From positions 1 through 31,861 of the forward strand of contig JAGLPV010000007.1 of the NCBI GenBank assembly GCA_023137195.1: a DNA stretch of 31,861 bases. The letters are read 5' to 3'. The first letter of the stretch is position 1, and each line of letters starts with the position of its first letter. This document shows, one piece after another, positions 18,141 through 25,641 of the stretch. The stretch is from Candidatus Aenigmatarchaeota archaeon (GTDB lineage: Archaea; EX4484-52). A program made the translations under genes and the position numbers. The notes below the pieces were generated by a model, which saw nothing but the letters and a program-made list of their open reading frames with translations, ran no database searches and was not told the DNA's origin.

Positions 18141-18425
18141 TTATTCACCTCCTTTGAATAGTTCATGTATTAAATAACTCGCTCCCAATATTAAACCAAT
18201 AATTATGAGCAATTCTTTAATTTCATCTGCACTCATTTCCCTTTCGAGGATTCTAGAATACTTTGAAACGGTATTTGGATTAATATGGTGTTCTTCTGCA
18301 ATTCTTGTTTGAGACCAACCTTGTGATTTCCCCCATACAATGTTCTGCAATAATTTTGGATTCAACAAGTGTTTTGTTGAGATTTCATTTAATTTTTGTT
18401 GTGCGATACGTTCATTAAATTTCAT
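18141..18425 (-). CDS. Small HTH protein with C-terminal TM helix
   Basis: HTH-like GWSQTRIAEEHHINPNTVSKYSRIL, hydrophobic tail LLIIIGLILGASYLI, TATA-like TTTAAAT about 27 nt upstream. Confidence 0.7.
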   Translation of the reverse strand: MKFNERIAQQKLNEISTKHLLNPKLLQNIVWGKSQGWSQTRIAEEHHINPNTVSKYSRILEREMSADEIKELLIIIGLILGASYLIHELFKGGE

Positions 18426-18539
18426 AGTAATATATATTAGGAAGAATTACTATTTAAATCTACCTATTTTAAAATAAAGATAATGTCTAAAGCCGAAAGA
18501 AACTAAAGTATTTTATAATTGATACGCATCTTATTTACT

Positions 18540-20210
18540 ATGAAACAACCAACAATCGGCATAATCGGAGGAACGCACGGATTAGGAAACTGGTTCAGGA
18601 CATTTTTCCAAAAAAACAAATATCCTGTCCTGGTATCCGGAAGAAAAACCCAACTGACAAATACAGAATTGACAAAACAATCAGATATTATAATCATTGC
18701 AGTCCCGATTGACGTCACTCCAAAGACAATAAAAGAAATCCTCCCTTCCTTAAAAGACAACTCTTTATTGATAGACATAACTTCCCTGAAGACAGAACCT
18801 GTAACTGAAATGAAAAAAGCAAAAAAAACAGTTGGCGTGGTAGGTCTGCACCCGATGTTTGGTCCCTTGGTCACCAGCATACAAAACCAGCACATAGCAG
18901 TATGCGAAGCAAGAGAAAACAAATTATGGCACGACCTAAAACAATTTTTTATCCAAAACAAAGCAAATCTAATAGACATAAGTCCCGAAGAACACGACAG
19001 GCAAATGGCAGTAATGCAGGCACTTCTTCATTTCGTAAATTTGAGTTACGTAAAAACACTTCAGGACAGCAGGATAAAACCAAAAGGCAAATTTTCAACC
19101 CCGGTCTTCCAGCTCCAGACAATGATTTTCGGCAGGATTTTAGGACAGAATCCCTCTCTCTATGCAGACATACAAATACAGAATCCAGAGTTTAAAGGCA
19201 TACTGGACTCGTACATAAAAATCACAAATGATGCAAAAAAAACAATAGAAAACAAAGACAAGGAATCCTTCGTGCAAAAGTTCAATGCATTAAAAAAAGA
19301 ACTGGACTTCTTTATCAAAACATCAGAAATAAAGACAACTTCTATTTTAGACCAAAAAAACAAGACCAACATAAATATCACTTTTTCCAAAACTCCCACC
19401 GGAAAAATAAAAAAAGTAAGCTATCTCGGACCATCCGGCACCAACACCCACATAGTAGCATCTTCCCTCTTTGGCAACAAAACATTAGCTCCTTCAAATA
19501 CAATCAACTCCGTTTTTGAAGAAATAATTAACAATGATGCAGATGCAGGAATAGTTCCCGCGGAAAATTCCACAGAAGGTGTTGTCTGCGAGACATTTGA
19601 CAATCTTATAAATTCCGATGTTTTTGTAAACACATCCGTAAAACAACAAATACATCACAATCTGCTTGCAAGGACAAAAGACATAAATTCAATAAAAACA
19701 GTCGTATCGCATCCACAGGCAATTGCCCAGACAAGAGGATGGCTCAAAAACAATCTTCCAAATGCAGAAGTGATGCTTGGAACAAGCACAACAAAAGCAA
19801 TCCAACAGCACAAAGACAGTTCCGTTGCCTTTGTCGGCGCAAGGGAAGCGGCAAAAGAATACAATCTAAATATACTCTCAGAAAACATTGAGGATGTAAT
19901 AGGCAACACAACAGAATTCTATGTAATTTCAAAAAACAAAAAACTGGACGAAATCTACCAACCGACAAAAACTCTTGTAGCTGTAATTGCATACAATAGA
20001 GTGGGCGTCCTGAGAGACATCCTGTCAATTTTTGCAAAATACTCCATTGACCTGAAAAAACTATTTTCCCGCCCGGGCAGGACAAAGCAATGGGATTATT
20101 ATTTCTTTATAGAAGCAGATATAAAGCAGGACGATCCAAGACTAATCAAAGTTCTGGATAATCTAAAGGACTATTGTCATCTGGTAAAGGTTTTAGGCGG
20201 AACAAATTAA
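18540..20210 (+). CDS. tyrA-pheA: Fused prephenate dehydrogenase - prephenate dehydratase (with ACT domain)
   Basis: N-terminal IIGGTHGLG, DITSLK, HPMFGP, EEHD; C-terminal YLGPSGT, PAENSTEG, SHPQAIAQ, NTTEF, SRP...WDYYFFIE. Confidence 0.9.
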   Translation: MKQPTIGIIGGTHGLGNWFRTFFQKNKYPVLVSGRKTQLTNTELTKQSDIIIIAVPIDVTPKTIKEILPSLKDNSLLIDITSLKTEPVTEMKKAKKTVGVVGLHPMFGPLVTSIQNQHIAVCEARENKLWHDLKQFFIQNKANLIDISPEEHDRQMAVMQALLHFVNLSYVKTLQDSRIKPKGKFSTPVFQLQTMIFGRILGQNPSLYADIQIQNPEFKGILDSYIKITNDAKKTIENKDKESFVQKFNALKKELDFFIKTSEIKTTSILDQKNKTNINITFSKTPTGKIKKVSYLGPSGTNTHIVASSLFGNKTLAPSNTINSVFEEIINNDADAGIVPAENSTEGVVCETFDNLINSDVFVNTSVKQQIHHNLLARTKDINSIKTVVSHPQAIAQTRGWLKNNLPNAEVMLGTSTTKAIQQHKDSSVAFVGAREAAKEYNLNILSENIEDVIGNTTEFYVISKNKKLDEIYQPTKTLVAVIAYNRVGVLRDILSIFAKYSIDLKKLFSRPGRTKQWDYYFFIEADIKQDDPRLIKVLDNLKDYCHLVKVLGGTN

Positions 20211-20255
20211 TTGCAGTCTGGATTAAAAAGACGCCGCCAAAAATCCAAAAACAGG

Positions 20256-20269
20256 CAAAAATATATAAA
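20256..20269 (+). promoter_or_regulatory. BRE/TATA promoter of the aromatic operon leader
   Basis: CAAAAA followed by TATATAAA (20262-20269), 35 nt before the leader ATG. Confidence 0.6.
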
Positions 20270-20304
20270 TCTATCTTGTCTAAAACTAATAAAGTAGTGA
20301 AAAT

Positions 20305-20382
20305 ATGAAAATAAGCAAACTCAAATCAAGTCGCGTCTTATCGAGTTCGTTTGTTTTTTTTCTGTCATTTTTTTATAGTTAA
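20305..20382 (+). CDS. Putative Phe/Tyr-rich leader peptide (25 aa, MKISKLKSSRVLSSSFVFFLSFFYS)
   Basis: ATG 20305 to TAA 20382 with 5 Phe and 1 Tyr in the last 10 codons; GTGA SD-like motif upstream; precedes aromatic biosynthesis genes. Confidence 0.6.
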   Translation: MKISKLKSSRVLSSSFVFFLSFFYS

Positions 20383-20483
20383 ATAAAGCTTCACTTTTTG
20401 GAGGAGAGGCTTTTAATGAATATATTAATTCTATAGAAGACGGCAGACAACTACTTTAAACAAACAAAAAATAAGGAGATTGT
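20349..20483 (+). promoter_or_regulatory. Structured attenuator-like leader
   Basis: 20361-20378 pairs with 20431-20447 (16 pairs including G-U); inner hairpin 20385-20413; 20447-20458 can pair with the SD region 20472-20483. Confidence 0.55.
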
Positions 20484-20485
20484 AT

Positions 20486-22036
20486 ATGATACTAAATGTA
20501 AAAGGTCACAGGAGAGAACTAAAAAAAATAGTTGTAAAAATAGGCGGATCTGTATTAAGCACAGATGATGCCATATCTCAACAGGCAAAGTGGATTAAGA
20601 AAATAGCTGAGAGTGTCGATACACTCCACATAGTTGTTTCTGCAAAAAAAGGGCATACCGACATCCTTGTAGAAGAAAGCAAATCAATGCCTGACAAGCA
20701 AAAAGCAGTGCACCAGATAAACGGCGAGATAGAAAGCGTAAAAAAACTTCACAAGGAACTAAAAAATATCGGTGTAGACTCTAAGCAAATCATCCAGGGA
20801 ACAAAAGAATACCCTCTTGTAGGAAAAGGGCATTGGCTAGATGGCAGGATAGACCTTGAAAAAAGCAAGGAACGCATGCATAAGCTGAACCACAAATTGT
20901 GCATAATATCTGGCTTTGGAGCAGAAACTCTCGAAGGAGACATAATACTCCTGGGAAGAAATGCAACAGATTTAGTGGCAGCAGCAATAGCAAACCTGGA
21001 CAATGCCGATGCAATAATATATTTAAAAGATACTCACGGGGTGTTAAGAGACATAAAAGACAAACATTCCACTATTTCCCATATTTCGGCAGAAGTGCTG
21101 AAAAGAAATGTCGAAGAAAACAAATGGGAAGTTCTGCATCCGGACACACTTGATTTTCTGCATCCAAACATAACCGGAATAGTGCAGAAACACACACAAG
21201 AGATAGGAAAACAAAGTACGATTATACATAAAGGTGGAAGTAATATGATAGGAAAAAGCATAAGAATGGAAAGAATAATGAACAGGGAATCCAATAAAAT
21301 AGTAGTAATACCCCTGGACCATGGAGTAACGATAGGTCCATGCAAAGGTTTACTGGACATGGGAAAGACTGTTGACAAAGTTTCAGTCGGTGGCGCAAAC
21401 GCGGTTCTGGGACATATTGGTCTGCCCTTGCACGGGCATAGAGGCTATGGAAGAGATGTAGGTCTGATTCTGCACTTGTCTTCAAGTACGACGCTTGCGC
21501 CGAACCCAAACACAAAGGTATTGACCGGCTCGGTTGAACAGGCAATAAAGATGGGAGCAGACGCAGTATCCGTACACATCAATATCGGTGCTGAAGATGA
21601 ATCCAAAATGCTTGCAGATTTAGGACACATTTCACAAAAATGCATGGAATGGGGAATGCCACTTCTTGCAATGATGTACCCCAGAGGTCCGGGCATAAAA
21701 GATTCTTGTGATGTAGCAGTAGTAAAGCACGCAGTAAGGATTGCAGCAGAACTCGGTGCAGATATAATCAAGACCAACTACACAGGCAGTGCAGAAACAT
21801 TCAGGGAAGTTGTAGATGGTGCCATGGGTGTGCCGGTTGTAATTGCCGGCGGTGCAAAAGGAGCAGAAATAAACACTCTTATAATGGTCGAAGATGCAGT
21901 CAGAGCAGGAGCAAGAGGAGTTGCCATGGGAAGGAACGCATTCCAGCACGAGAGCCCGGAAAAACTTGTTAAAGCTGTCTGCCAGATAGTCCATGAAGGA
22001 AAAACTGCAAACGAGGCAATAAAAATACTTCAATAA
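20486..22036 (+). CDS. aroA': Fusion of an ACT-less aspartokinase-like domain and 2-amino-3,7-dideoxy-D-threo-hept-6-ulosonate (ADH) synthase
   Basis: N-terminal VVKIGGS, VVSA...TD, SGF, LGRNATD, VLHP; C-terminal (from ATG 21245) PLDHG, HLSSST, GADAVSVHIN, AMMYPRG, ELGADIIKT, GRNAFQH; SD AAGGAG. Confidence 0.85.
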   Translation: MILNVKGHRRELKKIVVKIGGSVLSTDDAISQQAKWIKKIAESVDTLHIVVSAKKGHTDILVEESKSMPDKQKAVHQINGEIESVKKLHKELKNIGVDSKQIIQGTKEYPLVGKGHWLDGRIDLEKSKERMHKLNHKLCIISGFGAETLEGDIILLGRNATDLVAAAIANLDNADAIIYLKDTHGVLRDIKDKHSTISHISAEVLKRNVEENKWEVLHPDTLDFLHPNITGIVQKHTQEIGKQSTIIHKGGSNMIGKSIRMERIMNRESNKIVVIPLDHGVTIGPCKGLLDMGKTVDKVSVGGANAVLGHIGLPLHGHRGYGRDVGLILHLSSSTTLAPNPNTKVLTGSVEQAIKMGADAVSVHINIGAEDESKMLADLGHISQKCMEWGMPLLAMMYPRGPGIKDSCDVAVVKHAVRIAAELGADIIKTNYTGSAETFREVVDGAMGVPVVIAGGAKGAEINTLIMVEDAVRAGARGVAMGRNAFQHESPEKLVKAVCQIVHEGKTANEAIKILQ

Positions 22037-22053
22037 AACAGGAGGAGAATCAC

Positions 22054-23046
22054 ATGAAAAAATTCTGGGTAGATGCAAGGAAATGGGACAAGAAAATAGT
22101 CACAACTGCGCTTGAGTCAAGTGCAGATGCAGTTGTTGTAGAAAAAGGATTCACTCCAAAAGTAAAAGAGTTGGGTCTAATAAAAACAATAGCAGAAGAC
22201 GGAGATATGAAACTCAAAAAAGACATAGTGGATATAGAAATCAACAGCAAACAGGACGAAATAAATGCGGCAAAAATCGGAAAGACAAAAACCGTTATTC
22301 TAAAGACAAACGACTGGTCGATAATACCCATTGAAAACCTCATCGCCCAGGATGCAGAGATTGTCGCAAATGTAAAAAATGCAAAAGAAGCAAAAACAGC
22401 TCTTGAAATACTGGAGGTTGGAGCAAGCGGCATTCTCCTGTCAACAACAGATTTAAACGAGATAAAAAAAACAGGCAGACTCCTGAAAGAACAGCAGGAA
22501 AAACTCACACTTGTAAAGGCAAAAATCACAAAAATAGAAGCAGTAGGATCCGGCGACAGGGCATGTGTAGATACCTGCACAAACATGGTACAAGGACAGG
22601 GTATGCTTGTCGGTAATTCAAGTTCAGGAATGTTCCTTGTGCATTCAGAAAGTGTTGACAACCCATACGTTGCCGCAAGACCATTTAGAGTAAATGCCGG
22701 TGGAGTCCACGCCTATGTAAAAGTAACTGGCAACAAGACAAAATACCTCTCCGAAATCAAGTCAGGAGATAAAGTGCTGGTAGTTGATTCAAAAGGAAAC
22801 ACAACTGAGGCAATAGTCGGCAGGAACAAAATAGAAAAGCGTCCGATGATGCTGGTAGAGGCCCGCACAGAAGACAAGGAAATATCCCTGATATTGCAGA
22901 ATGCAGAAACCATACGCCTCGTAAAACCAAACGGCAAACCAATATCTGTAGTGAATATAAAAACAGGAGACGAAGTGCTGGTATATACAGAAAGCGCAGG
23001 AAGGCATTTCGGCATGAAAATAGACGAGACAATAAATGAAAAGTGA
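22054..23046 (+). CDS. aroB': 3-dehydroquinate synthase II
   Basis: DWSIIPIENLIA, GDRACVDTC, RPFRVNAG, LQNAETIRL, GRHFG; SD GGAGG. Confidence 0.94.
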   Translation: MKKFWVDARKWDKKIVTTALESSADAVVVEKGFTPKVKELGLIKTIAEDGDMKLKKDIVDIEINSKQDEINAAKIGKTKTVILKTNDWSIIPIENLIAQDAEIVANVKNAKEAKTALEILEVGASGILLSTTDLNEIKKTGRLLKEQQEKLTLVKAKITKIEAVGSGDRACVDTCTNMVQGQGMLVGNSSSGMFLVHSESVDNPYVAARPFRVNAGGVHAYVKVTGNKTKYLSEIKSGDKVLVVDSKGNTTEAIVGRNKIEKRPMMLVEARTEDKEISLILQNAETIRLVKPNGKPISVVNIKTGDEVLVYTESAGRHFGMKIDETINEK

Positions 23047-23342
23047 AAAGTACAATGCAATACGATAATGAACTGGATGAATTGAGAGAGCAAATAGACC
23101 AAGTTGACAAAAACATATTAAAACTCCTCGCAAAGCGGTTTGAACTCACAGAAAAAGTAGGGATTTACAAAAAAAATCATGATTTGCCTTCATGCTCAGA
23201 AGACAGGGAAACTCTTCTTTTCAAAGAAATAAAGAAACTTGCAGAAGAATTAAATCTCGACACCAAATTAGTGAAAGATATATTTGAGTTAATCTTAGCA
23301 AGGGTTAAGGAAAATCACGAGCATATAAAAACCAGCGATTAA
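23043..23342 (+). CDS. aroQ: Chorismate mutase type II (AroQ)
   Basis: LDELREQIDQVDKNILKLLAKR...VGIYK...DRE; GTGA overlap with the upstream stop (ATG 23055 alternative). Confidence 0.9.
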   Translation: MKSTMQYDNELDELREQIDQVDKNILKLLAKRFELTEKVGIYKKNHDLPSCSEDRETLLFKEIKKLAEELNLDTKLVKDIFELILARVKENHEHIKTSD

Positions 23343-23353
23343 AGACAATTAAC

Positions 23354-23374
23354 TTTTTTTTCTTTTTAATTTTT
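23354..23374 (+). terminator. Oligo-T terminator after the aromatic operon
   Basis: Three T tracts starting 12 nt after the aroQ stop. Confidence 0.55.
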
Positions 23375-23464
23375 AAGTTAAAAATACTCATTTAAAGCGC
23401 AAAAAGATAATCAAAACTCTTTACGTATATTTATATACTTTTTCATTATATAACTATTATTAGT

Positions 23465-24025
23465 ATGATAAAAATAAGATTTAATGGCAGAGGCGGACAG
23501 GGCGCAAAGACAGCCGCTCAATTACTGGTTGGAACAGCAATACAAAAAGGAAAGTACATACAGGCATTCCCTGAATACGGACCTGAAAGAAGAGGAGCTC
23601 CGGTAAAGGCATTTGCAAAAATAGACGACAAACCAATCGTTTCGCGCGAGCCGATAGACAACCCGGACGTTGTGGTTGTAATAGATGCAACCCTTTTAGA
23701 ATCGGAAAATATATGTAAAGGGCTGGATGAAAAAAAAGGAATTTTAATTATCAATACACCCAAATCAGGAGAAGAAATAAGAAAAGAGACGGGCGGTTTT
23801 GGAGGAAAAATATACACAGTAAATGCCTCTCATATTACAATGGAACTGCTTGGCATAAACCTGCCAAACACCCCGATGCTTGGAGCTTTACTAAAGATTA
23901 CAAACATAGTTGACATTAAAGTCCTTGAAGGAGTAATCAAATCCAAGTTTGAAAAAAAGATAGGAGAGAAAAAAACACAATTAAATATTGATGCAATACA
24001 AAGAGCATACGATGAAGTAAACTGA
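23465..24025 (+). CDS. porG: Pyruvate/2-oxoacid:ferredoxin oxidoreductase gamma subunit
   Basis: GRGGQGAKTAA, AFPEYGPERRGAPV, PNTPMLGA. Confidence 0.94.
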   Translation: MIKIRFNGRGGQGAKTAAQLLVGTAIQKGKYIQAFPEYGPERRGAPVKAFAKIDDKPIVSREPIDNPDVVVVIDATLLESENICKGLDEKKGILIINTPKSGEEIRKETGGFGGKIYTVNASHITMELLGINLPNTPMLGALLKITNIVDIKVLEGVIKSKFEKKIGEKKTQLNIDAIQRAYDEVN

Positions 24026-24030
24026 TTTTT

Positions 24031-24093
24031 TTGGCTATGATTTAGCTGCCCCAGTATGATTTGATGATTAAGAACTCAGGGTATATGAGCCAA
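24031..24093 (+). ncRNA. Box C/D-like 2'-O-methylation guide sRNA with variant boxes; D' guide complementary to the 23S rRNA P-loop
   Basis: Terminal stem TTGGC/GCCAA; C ATGATTT 24037-43, D' ATGA 24056-59, C' ATGATTA 24064-70, D ATGA 24085-88; guide AGCTGCCCCAGT pairs with ACUGGGGCGG. Confidence 0.75.
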
Positions 24094-24098
24094 GTAAT

Positions 24099-24665
24099 TT
24101 ATTTCCACTTTTTATACAGTTTATGCTCCATTCCAAAACATTCTATTATTTTCCCCACAAGATATTTTTCCATATCCTCTAAATTTTTCGGATCAAAATA
24201 ATACCCGACAACCGGCGGCACAATCCAGACATTCTGGATTCGAGATAGTTTCAGCATGTTTTCAAGATGAATTGAATTTAAAGGAGTTTCCCTCGGGACA
24301 ATCACAAGGTTTCTCTTGTGCTTTATGCAAACATCAGCACTTCTTGAAACAAGGTTATCCGCATACCCGTTTGCGATAGCAGATAAGCTTTTCATCGAGC
24401 AGGGAACCACAATCATCCCGTCTGTTTCAAATGATCCCGATGCAATTGAAGCTGAAAAATCATCTTCAGCATAGAGGAAATCCGCAGTTTTTTCTATTGT
24501 TTCAATTGTTTTTTTATAATCAGGCAAATCATATTTTAAGACAGTCTTTGCCGCATCAGTTATTATCAAATGAACTTCTGTTTTATTTTGCTTTAGAAGT
24601 TTAATTAACCTGACTGCAACAGGCATACAACTTGCGCCAGTAAGCGCAACAATTATTCTTCCAAT
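24099..24665 (-). CDS. ubiX: UbiX flavin prenyltransferase
   Basis: [11 protein letters not shown] lies upstream of the ORF-track ATG; [19 protein letters not shown] and VPRETP follow; start inferred at ATT 24665. Confidence 0.9.
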   Translation of the reverse strand: MGRIIVALTGASCMPVAVRLIKLLKQNKTEVHLIITDAAKTVLKYDLPDYKKTIETIEKTADFLYAEDDFSASIASGSFETDGMIVVPCSMKSLSAIANGYADNLVSRSADVCIKHKRNLVIVPRETPLNSIHLENMLKLSRIQNVWIVPPVVGYYFDPKNLEDMEKYLVGKIIECFGMEHKLYKKWK

Positions 24666-25048
24666 ACCAACTCACCTTCATCTATTTTTGCATTCATTCC
24701 TGTCTTTAAAGCAGAATATTTGTTATTTTCCAGTTTGTCAATAAGCGGAATCTGCGATATTATTGCCCCTACAGCAACAATTGCTTCACACTCTTTGTTT
24801 ATTATCCCGGCGGGTGCTTTATTGTTTTTTTTGAGTCGGTAAAGTGTGTATGAGCCCACAGTCGAGCCCTTGCCGTTCGGAAAGACAAGGATTTTTCCTG
24901 CGATTGATTCTCCTTCAAGGGCATGTCCCTTCTCAACGACAATTCCTGTGTCCGGGTCAACACCACCGAAAAAGGATATTGCATCTTTTGAGACGAGGAG
25001 CTGTCCTTCTGCTTTGCCTTTGGATATTTTTCGTGATTTTATTTTCAT
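24653..25048 (-). CDS. AcnX small (swivel, DUF126) subunit; phosphomevalonate dehydratase small subunit
   Basis: [28 protein letters not shown]; clustered with ubiX/ubiD/ipk. Confidence 0.88.
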   Translation of the reverse strand: MKIKSRKISKGKAEGQLLVSKDAISFFGGVDPDTGIVVEKGHALEGESIAGKILVFPNGKGSTVGSYTLYRLKKNNKAPAGIINKECEAIVAVGAIISQIPLIDKLENNKYSALKTGMNAKIDEGELVLEE

Positions 25049-25054
25049 ATTTTT

Positions 25055-25633
25055 TTATTTCTTCTTGGGTTCAATCTCTACTTTTCCCTCAATGAATAAA
25101 TTATCTGTTTTTGTTTTTTTGTTGACACTTTTTTTATATGTATCAATATTATCTTCCAATCTTATATATTTAAACCCTAAACGATTTACTTCGTTAATTA
25201 ATTCTTCCGAAGAGGCACTATGAACTCCAATAACCAAAATTTCCTTTCCTTTTTTTGCTATTTGCCTAATCAAGGGAATTATATCTTTGTCGCTAGAAAC
25301 AAGGACAAACATATTTATTTCTGACTTTTCATACAATATTTCCATACAATCGCAAATAAGCAGAGGGTCGCCTAAGCTTTTTCCATTAAATGAAGGAGTA
25401 AAAACTGGTTCAATCCCTTTTTCAAAATATTTATAAAAAATTTCTGTTTTTTCATTGCAAATATATTCAGTTCTTTTCGGTACGGAAATATACATTTTTC
25501 CAACAACAACAATTCCATAATTATTTATTATATCAATTAATGGATTTAAAAAATCTTTTTGTGTTTTATCTAAAGACTTCCATATATTGTTATAATCAAC
25601 AAATAAAGCCAATTTCTTTTTGTTGTCTTTCAT
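25055..25633 (-). CDS. NYN-domain (LabA/DUF88, PIN-like) protein
   Basis: ALFVDYNN, KSLGD...D, LVSSDKD, SSEEL acidic motif set; AT-rich. Confidence 0.82.
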   Translation of the reverse strand: MKDNKKKLALFVDYNNIWKSLDKTQKDFLNPLIDIINNYGIVVVGKMYISVPKRTEYICNEKTEIFYKYFEKGIEPVFTPSFNGKSLGDPLLICDCMEILYEKSEINMFVLVSSDKDIIPLIRQIAKKGKEILVIGVHSASSEELINEVNRLGFKYIRLEDNIDTYKKSVNKKTKTDNLFIEGKVEIEPKKK

Positions 25634-25641
25634 AATTATTT

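Larger units (their letters stand above)
15871..18491. mobile_element. Low-GC accessory island bounded by integron core-like heptamers
   Basis: GTTAGAC at 15871-15877 and GTCTAAA at 18485-18491 flank an AT-rich segment; no integrase in the window. Confidence 0.4.
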
